A DNA stretch of 64,000 bases from Candidatus Marinacidobacterales bacterium. Its GTDB lineage: Bacteria; Acidobacteriota; Vicinamibacteria; Marinacidobacterales; SMYC01. The stretch lies in NCBI GenBank assembly GCA_965224085.1, contig CBDCYI010000005.1, positions 1,120,001-1,184,000 of the forward strand, written 5' to 3'. The notes below the pieces were generated by a model, which saw only the letters and a program-made list of their open reading frames with translations, did not search any database and was not told where the DNA came from. Below, one piece after another: positions 42,145 through 51,607 of the stretch (the stretch's first letter is position 1; each line of letters begins with the position of its first letter). The position numbers and the translations under genes were made by a program.

Positions 42145-43179
42145 ATGAAAGATACGACGATCGCTGTGGATCTTGCAAAGAACGTCTTCGAGATTGCCAT
42201 CTCGCGCGAAGCGGGGAAGGTGTCCAAGCAACTCCGTGTGAGTCGACCCAAGTTGGTGTCGTTTTTTGCGAAACAGAGCGCTGCCACCGTGCTTCTTGAA
42301 GCCTGCGGCTCGGCTCACTTCTGGGCAAGGACGTTGCAACGGTTGGGACACGACGTCGTCCTGCTCCCACCTCACCTCGTAAGGCCGTATCGACGCGGGA
42401 GCAAGAACGACCGCGCGGACACCAAAGCTTTGCTCGAGGCTTACCGGAACGAGGAGATTCTTTCGGTGCCCATCAAGTCCGTGCGCCAGCACACCCTCGC
42501 CGCGCTCCATCGCCTACGCTCAGGATGGCTCTCCACACGGACCGCACGCATCAATGCCGTACGCGGGATCCTGCGCGAGCTCGGACTCTTCATCCCCAAG
42601 GGCGCTCACTTCGTCGTGCCCGCCATCTCCGAGCTCGTCGAAGACGCTGATTCTGATTTGCCCGACGTGCTCCGTCCGCACCTGCGTGATGCGTGCTCCG
42701 AGATTCGAGAGCTCAAGGACAAGTGCGCTGGCATCGAGCACGAGCTCAAGGCGCTCGCCAAGCAGCTTCCTGAGGTGCAACGACTTCTCACCATTCCCGG
42801 CATCGGACTTCTGACCGCGACCGCCATCGTCGGCTTCGTTGGGGATCTGCGCCGCTTCCCATCGGGACGCCGCTTCTCGAGTTACCTCGGCCTCGTTCCC
42901 AAAGAGAACTCCAGTGGTGACATTCGCCGCCTCGGGCGCATCACCAAGCGTGGCGACTCCTACCTCCGTACGCTCCTCACGCAGGGCGGACGCGCCGTGC
43001 TCCGAGCGGCCAACGTCAGCAAGAGCCCGCCCGACAAGCTCCGCGCCTGGGCGCGGAAGGTCCACCGCTCGCGGGGACACAACAAAGCCGCGATTGCTGT
43101 CGCCAACAAACTCGCCCGGATAGTCTGGGCCGTCTCCACCCGCGAGAGTGAATTCCAGTCGGTGCCCGCGGCCGCATAG
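42145..43179 (+). CDS. IS110 DEDD recombinase/transposase
   Basis: AVDLAK, LEACG, KNDRAD, IPGIG, ENSSG, AVANKLAR; AGGAGG RBS. Confidence 0.95.
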   Translation: MKDTTIAVDLAKNVFEIAISREAGKVSKQLRVSRPKLVSFFAKQSAATVLLEACGSAHFWARTLQRLGHDVVLLPPHLVRPYRRGSKNDRADTKALLEAYRNEEILSVPIKSVRQHTLAALHRLRSGWLSTRTARINAVRGILRELGLFIPKGAHFVVPAISELVEDADSDLPDVLRPHLRDACSEIRELKDKCAGIEHELKALAKQLPEVQRLLTIPGIGLLTATAIVGFVGDLRRFPSGRRFSSYLGLVPKENSSGDIRRLGRITKRGDSYLRTLLTQGGRAVLRAANVSKSPPDKLRAWARKVHRSRGHNKAAIAVANKLARIVWAVSTRESEFQSVPAAA

Positions 43180-43243
43180 AGGCTCCACTTTCGTGTTTTC
43201 CTTCTTCCCTTCCAACAGAGGCTGCGACGATACCCATCCAACT

Positions 43244-43587
43244 GATGGCGTACCGGTCGGACCGGCGCGGGGTCAAGCCGATAGCAACACTGGCCCTCAG
43301 AGGTCGCTCAAAGTGATTGGCTCCTCGCGCGCGGATTTTCCGTCATGGCCCGGAGCACCCAAGACGCTCCTCACTGAGGCCGTAGATATGTTTGCAGTCT
43401 GACCCACTCGTCACCGATGGCGTACCGGTCGGACCGGCGCGGGGTCAAGCCGATAGCAACACTGGCCCTCAGAGGTCGCTCAAAGTGATTGGCTCCTCGC
43501 GCGCGGATTTTCCGTCATGGCCCGGAGCACCCAAGACGCTCCTCACTGAGGCCGTAGATATGTTTGCAGTCTGACCCACTCGTCACC
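43244..43587 (+). ncRNA. Two identical tandem 172-nt bridge/seek-RNA-like units (43244-43415, 43416-43587)
   Basis: Located in the 3' NCR; segments match the target flank (TAGCAAC) and the circle junction (AGATATG, TTCCGTCAT); exact RNA ends unknown. Confidence 0.75.
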
Positions 43588-43605
43588 GATTTGGACGAGC
43601 AGCTC

Positions 43606-43743
43606 TGAGGAAGACTTTTTTGAGAAAGGTGTTGATTGAGGAGTCCAGATATGAGGAAGACTTTTTTGAGAAAGGTGTTGATTGAGGAGTCCAGATATGA
43701 GGAAGACTTTTTTGAGAAAGGTGTTGATTGAGGAGTCCAGATA
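43606..43743 (+). repeat. Three exact copies of the 46-bp IS right end
   Basis: TGAGGAAGACTTTTTTGAGAAAGGTGTTGATTGAGGAGTCCAGATA x3 without spacers. Confidence 0.95.
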
Positions 43744-44814
43744 CGGTTGCTAGGTGGCCTACAAATCAGCGGCAAGACCCTCGAGCACTTCTACTGTCTT
43801 GGACGCGCTTTCGAAGAACTCGGCAAGACATCCCAGGCGATCGACACATTCCGGAAAGTGCTGACCGAGCGCTACGGCTACGAGGATGTGGAGCAGCGTA
43901 TCGCCCGTTTGAGCGCACTTGGCGCCGACGCCGAGCCGCCGACCCAAGCGGCTCCTCCGACCCAACCCGCACCTCCTTCGGCCCAACCCGCACCTCCTGC
44001 GGCTCCTCCGGCCCAACCCGCACCTCCTGCGGCACCCGTCGTGCCGCGGCAAGCAGAAGCGTCGTCTCCTATTAAGCTCGGCGAGCTTCTTGGAAAGGGG
44101 CTTCTCGGAACCACCCACAAAGGAATCGATACCCGCAATCAGAGCCCCGTCATCGTCAAGCTTCTACGCCAGGACCTGATCGCAAACCAGAGCATCCTGC
44201 AGCAGTTCATCGCGGAGGCCAAGCTCGCCCGAAGCCTCGAACATCCGATTCTCGTCCGCTTGCTCGGCCTCATCCAAGTTCGCGGCACGCGGGCCGCCGT
44301 CACGGAGTACGTGGACGGGTTCAGCTTGTCCACGTTCCTCGAGCGCAATAAACGCGTTTCGGTCAAACAGGGGATGGATCTTCTTACTACATTGGCAGCC
44401 GCGATCAATTACGCGCATGATAGAAAACTCCTTCATCGTGATTTGAAGCTCACCAACATCTTGATCGGAGCGAGCGGAAAGCTCAAGCTCACCGGGTTCG
44501 GCATGGGCGCGCTGAGGGTGGCTCAGCTCGGAAGAGCGGATGGCTACCCGGCCCCGGAGTTTCTGAGCGGCGCCGCCATCGGCCCTCGATCCGACATCTA
44601 CTCCCTGGGCGCCGTCATCTTCCACGCCTTAACGGGCGACAACCCAGCGAGCGAAGAGGCCTCCAAGAACGGGGTGCCGCCGCTCCGACAGCTATGTCCC
44701 GACGCGTCTGCGACATTCGAGCAAGTTCTCGCGCGTTGCCTCACAAACGACCCCGCCGGCCGCTTCGCGTCAGCTCAAGAAGTTATCGTCGCTCTCCAAG
44801 CCGCCCCTGCCTAG
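43744..44814 (+). pseudogene. 3' part of the interrupted gene: TPR, Pro/Ala repeat linker, Ser/Thr kinase-like domain
   Basis: LGKGLLG, VIVK, HRDLKLTN, TGFG in place of DFG, APE, SDIYSLG. Confidence 0.85.
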
Positions 44815-44865
44815 TCCCTGTAAGGGCCCGAGATATATGTGACGAACCACGAATACAGGGACTAG
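44811..44865. mobile_element. 55-bp miniature inverted-repeat element
   Basis: CTAGTCCCTGTA ... TACAGGGACTAG perfect 12-bp IR; related copy at 33733. Confidence 0.55.
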
Positions 44866-44885
44866 CAGGCTGTTATAGTCGGCGC

Positions 44886-45542
44886 GTGGCGATATGCTGG
44901 TCTTGCAACAAAGTCAGAGGAAAACGCGCCTGTCCCGCTCACGGTGGCGAGCCCATCTGCTCCAAATGCTGCGGCACGAAGCGGCAACTTGAGATCCAGT
45001 GTCCGAGCGATTGCATTTATCTGAAGGGCGCCGACGCCGGCTGGCGGTCGGCGTCGCGCCAAAAAGAGGAGGCGCGCTTCATCGCCTGTTTTTTCCAGCT
45101 GAGTGAGCCGCAGCTCGTTTTCTCCCTTTTCGTCCACCATCTCATCTTCTCGGCCGGTACGAGATTCGTATCCCTCTCGGATGACGAGCTCGAGGACGTC
45201 CTCAGGACCGCGCGCAAGACGCTCGAGACCTTCACAAAAGGCATCGTCTACAGCCATCCCGCGCGCTCGCCTGGGCTCGAAAAGCTCGCCGATTGGCTGG
45301 CCAAGCTTCTCTCGGAACGCGCCCAAATCCAGAGCGCTCCGGAAGCCTCGGACGCCGATGTCGTCCAAGTGCTGCAAACGATCGAACGGGCCGTCGAAGT
45401 ACATGCCGCGCACGGGGCAAAACGCGGCAGCTATCTCGAGCTCGCAGGGCAGGTATTCGCGTCAAGCCTCGAAGGGGCTCCGCCCCTCGAGCTCCCGAGC
45501 GAGCTCGACGAGCCGCCCGGTGGCTTGATTGTGACGCCTTGA
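44886..45542 (+). CDS. Hypothetical protein with a Cys-rich N-terminal zinc-binding domain
   Basis: CWSC...CPA...ICSKCCG...CPSDC; TGnTATAGT 6 nt before GTG. Confidence 0.7.
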   Translation: MAICWSCNKVRGKRACPAHGGEPICSKCCGTKRQLEIQCPSDCIYLKGADAGWRSASRQKEEARFIACFFQLSEPQLVFSLFVHHLIFSAGTRFVSLSDDELEDVLRTARKTLETFTKGIVYSHPARSPGLEKLADWLAKLLSERAQIQSAPEASDADVVQVLQTIERAVEVHAAHGAKRGSYLELAGQVFASSLEGAPPLELPSELDEPPGGLIVTP

Positions 45543-45607
45543 GGCGCGCGATCTGGGATATACTAAAGTACACTCTTTCTTCTTAACTTCCTGCAGCGAG
45601 GCGGGCC

Positions 45608-47727
45608 TTGGTCGAGATCAGTCATCGTGAACGGGTAGTTCGGGCCAAAATCATTTACTACGGTCCGGCGGCCGGCGGCAAGACGACGAACCTCGTCGTA
45701 TTGCACCGTCGAGCCAACCCGAAACGTCGCGGAGAAATGGTCTCGGTCAACTCGACCCAGGACCGGACGATTCTTCTCGATCTGCTCCCAATGAAGACGC
45801 CCGCTTTTCGCGGCTACGAGCTCCGATTCCAGGTCATCGCCGTTCCGGGGCAGAGAATGTACGCGGCGAGCCGGAAGCTGCTTTTGAACGGGGCCGACGC
45901 CGTCGTTTTCGTCGCCAACTCGGCCGCGGATCGCTGGGAAGAAACCATTCGTAGCCTGCGCGAGATGAATCAGAACCTGCTCGCGCATGGTCTCGACCCG
46001 ACGACGATTCCTGTCATCTATCAATACAATAAGAGGGACCTCCCGGAGGTCACGCCGCTCGGAGCGATGGACCGTACGCTGAATGCGCGTAAAACGAAGA
46101 GCTTTCCGGCCGTCGCGATCCGAGAGGAAGGCGTTCTCGCTACCTTCGCCGCCGCTTTGGAGCTGACGATGGACGACATCGCGACACGCTTCAAGCTCGG
46201 CGCCAACCTGCGAAACGCGCGCTCCGTCGACGAGTGGACCGCCGAGTCGATGCGCGCCATGTTCGCCTGGCGGTCAAGTGATTCCGATGAGTTCGGCGAC
46301 CCAGACGCAGCCGCCTCCAAAATGGCGGCACACCCGCGCCACCAACTCCTGAAGCCGACATCGAGCCACTGCCACGTGTCGCGGTCAAGGTGCCTGTCGC
46401 TCGCTCGGTGGAAGGTGCCACTTCGCCTTCCGCTGTGACACCCGCGAGCGATCCACAGGCTGCCGAGGCGCTCGTCGACAGCTACGCCCAGGCCGCAGCG
46501 GAACTGACTTCCGCCCTCGAGGACATGCGCGATCAGCGCGACCTCGTGGACAAACAATTGACGGATGTCGACGCTCCGGCTCGAGCGTCCCAAGCGCTGC
46601 TGGGGGGCACGCCTCCCGACGAAGTCTTGAGAGCGCTCGTCATGCAGCTCGCCGAAGCCTTCGGTGCGGTCAGCGGGTCGCTCTCCTTGATCCGCCACGA
46701 CGGCGAGCTGCAACCCGTCGTGCTGCACGGCCTTCAGCGCGAGCCGCTCGTTTCGATGGCCGACGAGTCCCAACGCCCACTCGGCAAGGCACTCGCCGAA
46801 GGCGCAAAGTCGCTCGTGTTCATGATGGGGGATCCGGGCCCGCTCGCTCAGGTTTTGGAGCGAAGCGGTGGCAAGCTCACAGCGATCGTGGCGATCCCCG
46901 TCAGAACGTCCCGTCAACAACTCGGGCTCTTGAGTTTCTATTTGCCCCCGGAGACGGCGCCTCCGCGCGCCGACGCCATCGATCATCTTGACAAATTGGG
47001 CCGTGCCGTCGCCGCCGTTCTCGAGCTCGCCGCGGGAGACTTGGCCAAAGATCGCCTCGCTCAAGCCGAGCGTTACGCTCTTATCGGCCGGCTCGCCGAG
47101 CAAGCCATCGTAGAGATGGGGCCCCCTCTCGACCGGCTGTTTTCGACTTTGGGTCGGCTGCGAACGCAGCCAGAAGGTCCGGATTGGCTCGGAAACGAGC
47201 TTTTGGGCATGGGAAAAGAGCTGTCCCGAACGAAACGTTTTCGCGACGCGGTCCTCGAGTTCATGGTCGGCCAGCCGCCGGCGATGGATCTCATTTCGCT
47301 CGGTCCCGTTTTCCGGAGCGTCCGCGCGTGGACCGCGGATAGCCTCGAGCGTCACGCCGTGCGCTTCGAGACGACGGAGCTCGCACCGACGGATCGGGTT
47401 CGAGCCGACGCGTTTTTACTTCGCTCCGCGCTCTCGGCGCTTGTCGAGCGCGCCGAGCACGACTTGAGCGGACATAATGGCGGCCTCATCCGACTCTCCG
47501 CCCACATCGAAGAGGGCAAAGCGTATATCCAAGTCACCGACAACGTGGCCCGCGTCCGTCAAACGCGAGACGGCGGCGAAGAATATGTCGCCTGGGCGCT
47601 CGATCGCAACGGGGCGAGCTGGCCTATGTCCTTCGTGAGTAATGTCGTCGAATATTTTCAAGGCGAGTGGACCTCCGCCGCCACCGAGCAGGGCAACGAG
47701 CTCACGCTGATTCTTCCGGCGCAATAA
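45608..47727 (+). CDS. MglA-like small GTPase fused to GAF and a degenerate histidine-kinase-like domain (frameshift near 46320)
   Basis: YYGPAAGGKTTNL, DRT, VPGQ, YNKRDL; one extra A in AAAA joins it to ORF 46390-47727. Confidence 0.7.
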
Positions 47728-47840
47728 CCATCCTTCGTCAACCGCCGGACGCAAAAGCTTCCGCGCGACTATAGGCGCTACCCTTGCCGCGACTCTCTAA
47801 CGTGGCGTAACATGGACGCGGCAATTCTTTTCAGGCCCTC

Positions 47841-50708
47841 ATGAGTGATTCCTTTTTTCGACGTGTGCTCGGCTCGGTAGTGACGTTTCGCGAAGGCGAG
47901 GCGGGTACCGGGGTCCTCATGTTCATCTATTCCTTCCTGGTAATGACCGCCTACAACATTATCAAACCTTCTGCGGCTTCGACGTTCATTGCCGACGTGG
48001 GCGCGAGATATGTGCCCTACGCGTTTCTCATCGCGGGCGTTTCGATAGGCTTCATTCTGAACTATTACGGCCGCGCCGTAGGCAGGATTCCGAAGGCCTG
48101 GGTATTGCCGGGCACCCAACTCGTCCTCATTCCGCTCCTAGTCGGTTTCTGGTTTCTCTTCAGCCTCGACCAGCCCTGGATGTCCGCACCCATCACCGCC
48201 ATTCCGCGCCTTCCGGCGATGGAAGAGGCGTGGACGGCGTCCAAGCTGCTCTCGGCGGCGTTTTTTTTCTTCGGGCGCCTCCTCCTAGGGATCTTCCTGA
48301 TCAGCCAATTCTGGACGCTGGCGAACGACATCTACGATCCGCGGCAAGCGAAGCGAGTCTTTGGCTTCATTGGGGCAGGCGCGACGGTCGGGGGCATGAT
48401 GGGCTCAGGGCTCACGTCGCTCCTCTCCGTGCCGCTCGGCACCGTGAACCTCATCTTGCTCAGCGCCGGAATCCTCGCGGTTTGTTTCGTTCTCGTACTC
48501 CAGATCCAAAAACGATCGGCGATCGAGACGGACGCCTCGTTCGAAGTCAAGGACACCGTGGGCGGCGGCGAGGCAGTGGCGATGCTGCGCCAATCGAAAC
48601 ACTTGCAGCTCATCGCTCTCATCATCGGCTTTGGCGCGCTCGGTGCGGCCACGCTCGAGCAACAACTTTACCTGGTCTCGGAAGCCCAAGGCGACAACCT
48701 CGACGGCATCACAAGTTTTCTAGCGTCGATCACTTTCTATATCTCTTTCATCGGCCTCGCCATTCAAGTCTATTTCACACCCCGCATCTACAAGATATTC
48801 GGAATCGGCGTTGCGTTGGCGCTTCTACCGGTAAGCTTAACCGCGACCGCTATTCTCGTCATTTTCAACCAAGGGCTCTGGACTTCGGCCGTCGCTCGCG
48901 TCACCGATGGCTCGCTCCGCTACAGTATCGACAAGACGACGCGCGAGACGCTTTTTCTGCCTCTCCCGGCCAATATCAAGCTGAAAGCGAAGTCCTTCGT
49001 CGACGTGGTCGCGGACCGTTTCATTGGCAAAGGCCTCGGCTCGATCATCCTCCTGGTGGCGCTGAACGTTTTCGGCGCGGCGTGGTGGCAGTTGAGCTAC
49101 CTGATTCTCGGCTATGCCGGCCTATGGCTCATCCTGACGCGTCTTGCCAAGCGTGAATACATGGCCACGTTTCGACGCAGCATCGAGACGCTGTCACTCG
49201 AGCCCGAAAGGCTCTCGCCCCAATCGGGCGACTTGGCGACGGTGGAGACCCTCGTGGAGGAGCTCGGAAGTCCGGACGCCCAGCGAGTGCTGCGCTCGAT
49301 CGAGCTTCTCGAAGCGCTCGAGAAACACAACTTGATTACACCGCTCCTGCTCCATCACGACTCTCCCGAAGTACGCTCGCGCGCCCTCGAGGCCATCCAA
49401 AACGCGCGCCCCGAGCTCGTGCAACGCTGGCTGCCTTCGGTCGAGCAATCTCTGAAAGACGAGGATCCCGGCGTGCGCGCCGCCGCCGTAGAGGTGTTGG
49501 CCTCCGTCCACAACCGAGATGCCCGCGAGATGATGCGGCCTTATCTCGAGGACAGCGACCCGCGTATCGTCGCGACGGCCGCGGTCGCGCTCGCCGAAAG
49601 CGACGAGGAGGCCGACCGACGGGTCGCGGAAGAAACGATCGTGCGGCTCACTTCCGACGGTCGCGAATCGGCGGTCCCGGCTCGGCGGGAAGCCGCGCGC
49701 GCCATCACCCGCACGACGGACCCTCGTTTCCGGCGGCTCCTGATCCCGCTCTTGAACGATCCGGATATCTCTGTCGCGCGCGAAGCCATAAGAAGCGCGC
49801 GCCTTTTGGACGACGCTGATCTGCTCTTCGTGCCGGCACTCGTTTCACTCCTGGGAGACCGGCGTCTCAAGAACACGGCGCGTAACGTCTTGGTGAGCTA
49901 CGGCGAGGAAGTGATTCCGACCCTCGCGTTTTTTCTCCATGACGATAACGAAGACCCATGGGTGCGCCGCCACATTCCCGGGACGCTCGCGGCCATTCCC
50001 TCGGAGGCCTCGGTCGCCGCGCTCTCAGGATGCCTCGGGACGGAAGACGGCTTCATACGGTTCAAGGCCATCAAGGCGCTCGAGACGGTGCGGCGCGATA
50101 ACTCCAGGCTCGCCATCGAGGCCAAGCTCATCGAAGCGCTCCTCGAGAAAGAGACCCATCATTACTATCGCTACCTCGGTATCGACTACGACCTGTTCGA
50201 AAGAGGCGGATTGTCGCGGGATTTCCTGCTGAGCCAGGCGGCGAAAGAAAAGCTCGAGCGCGGCATGGATCGCGCGTTCCGACTCCTCAGCCTCTTGTAC
50301 GACTGGGGGGACATCCGAGCCGCGCGATGGGCCATCGAGCGAGGCGCCCCGCGCGATCGCGCGAGCGCCATCGAGTTTCTCGACAACACGCTGTCGAGCA
50401 ACTTGCGAAAAACGTTTCTCCCTTTGATTGACGAAGGCCCGCTTGAGGAGAAAGTGCGCAAGGGCAACGTCCTCCTCAGGACCAGAGTTCGGAATGTCGA
50501 AGAGGCTTTGACGCGCCTCATCTACGACGAAGACGTCGTTATCGCCGCGACCGCCATCGACTTGGTGCGCGAGCTGAAACTCTGGTCGCTAGCGAACGAC
50601 CTAACGAAAGTTCTGGAATTTCGAGATGCGCGCGATTTTGCCGTGTTCGAATCGGCATCCGAAGCGCTCGCTGCTTATCATCTGAGCGAGAGCCCGCATG
50701 CAGTTTGA
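47841..50708 (+). CDS. NTT/TLC-family nucleotide transporter-like MFS domain fused to HEAT repeats
   Basis: SQFWTLANDIYDPRQAKRVFG, LRYSIDKTTRETLFLP, KAKSFVD; HEAT repeats (DEDPGVRAAA). Confidence 0.85.
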   Translation: MSDSFFRRVLGSVVTFREGEAGTGVLMFIYSFLVMTAYNIIKPSAASTFIADVGARYVPYAFLIAGVSIGFILNYYGRAVGRIPKAWVLPGTQLVLIPLLVGFWFLFSLDQPWMSAPITAIPRLPAMEEAWTASKLLSAAFFFFGRLLLGIFLISQFWTLANDIYDPRQAKRVFGFIGAGATVGGMMGSGLTSLLSVPLGTVNLILLSAGILAVCFVLVLQIQKRSAIETDASFEVKDTVGGGEAVAMLRQSKHLQLIALIIGFGALGAATLEQQLYLVSEAQGDNLDGITSFLASITFYISFIGLAIQVYFTPRIYKIFGIGVALALLPVSLTATAILVIFNQGLWTSAVARVTDGSLRYSIDKTTRETLFLPLPANIKLKAKSFVDVVADRFIGKGLGSIILLVALNVFGAAWWQLSYLILGYAGLWLILTRLAKREYMATFRRSIETLSLEPERLSPQSGDLATVETLVEELGSPDAQRVLRSIELLEALEKHNLITPLLLHHDSPEVRSRALEAIQNARPELVQRWLPSVEQSLKDEDPGVRAAAVEVLASVHNRDAREMMRPYLEDSDPRIVATAAVALAESDEEADRRVAEETIVRLTSDGRESAVPARREAARAITRTTDPRFRRLLIPLLNDPDISVAREAIRSARLLDDADLLFVPALVSLLGDRRLKNTARNVLVSYGEEVIPTLAFFLHDDNEDPWVRRHIPGTLAAIPSEASVAALSGCLGTEDGFIRFKAIKALETVRRDNSRLAIEAKLIEALLEKETHHYYRYLGIDYDLFERGGLSRDFLLSQAAKEKLERGMDRAFRLLSLLYDWGDIRAARWAIERGAPRDRASAIEFLDNTLSSNLRKTFLPLIDEGPLEEKVRKGNVLLRTRVRNVEEALTRLIYDEDVVIAATAIDLVRELKLWSLANDLTKVLEFRDARDFAVFESASEALAAYHLSESPHAV

Positions 50709-51600
50709 GCTCCTAGCACCCGTACCCGCTGTGGCGCTCGCGCGCAAGCTGCGCGAGATTCCGCTTTTTCGATTCGCTTCTGTCGCTGAGCTGTTCCGCG
50801 TTGCCGCGATCGCGCAACAAGTGCGCTATGACGAGAATTCGAAAGTGCAAGACCGCGGCGCCCAAGCAGCTTATATCCAGGTGCTGCTCGAAGGCGCTTT
50901 CGAAGTGACCACGGAGCAGCAACAGATTGAACGCGTGGAGCCACCAGCCATGCTCGGCTTTCGCGAAGTCGTCGGAGGAACGACCCTCCAGACCGACGCC
51001 ACGGCAGTGTCGGACTCCATCGCCCTCGTCATGGCCGCAGAGGAGTTTCGCACGATGCTTTCGGCGAATATCGAGCTCGCCCAAGGACTGTTTCGCATGC
51101 TGCTCGAAGAGACCGAGGCCGACCCCGCGCCCAGCAGGACCCGAGCGTTGCAGGAGCTACAAGCACCGGAGCCGGGAGGCGAGTTAAAGTCCGTCGACAA
51201 AGTGTTGTACCTCCAAAGCCTTCCGGTTTTCGAACGCGCGCGCGCGGACGAGCTCTACGAGCTCGCCGCCATCACTCGCGACGTCGTGCTCGAGCCCGAC
51301 AAGACGCTCTTCTCGGAAGGTCATCCTTCCTCGATCTGGCTCCTGCTCGCGGGTGACGTCACTCTCGAGTCCAGAGACGGCGAACAGAAGGGGACGGCAA
51401 GCACCGGTGACGGCATCGGCGTCCACGAGACTCTCGCGGGAGCAGACTGGTCTTCGCGGGCGCGGGGGACCTCCGCGGGCAGAGCTCTTCAGGTCGAGCG
51501 CGATGCTCTATTTGAACTTCTTTCCGATCGCATGGAGTTACTTCAAGGCATTTTCGGCGCAATCCTCCGCGGAGCCAAGCCTGAGAAACAAGACGGGTGA
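50698..51600 (+). CDS. Tandem cyclic-nucleotide-binding domain protein
   Basis: Two LxxxPLF...EL-type cNMP-fold repeats; overlaps the upstream gene. Confidence 0.8.
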   Translation: MQFELLAPVPAVALARKLREIPLFRFASVAELFRVAAIAQQVRYDENSKVQDRGAQAAYIQVLLEGAFEVTTEQQQIERVEPPAMLGFREVVGGTTLQTDATAVSDSIALVMAAEEFRTMLSANIELAQGLFRMLLEETEADPAPSRTRALQELQAPEPGGELKSVDKVLYLQSLPVFERARADELYELAAITRDVVLEPDKTLFSEGHPSSIWLLLAGDVTLESRDGEQKGTASTGDGIGVHETLAGADWSSRARGTSAGRALQVERDALFELLSDRMELLQGIFGAILRGAKPEKQDG

Positions 51601-51607
51601 ATCGGCT

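Larger units (their letters stand above)
42059..43743 (+). mobile_element. IS110 family, IS1111-type insertion sequence
   Basis: Sub-terminal IRs TGGACTCCTC (42067-42076) / GAGGAGTCCA (43730-43739), no target duplication, long 3' non-coding end. Confidence 0.92.

Noticed and set aside
43606-43743. CRISPR array
   Set aside because: Repeats abut with no spacers, there are no cas genes, and the unit is the IS terminus
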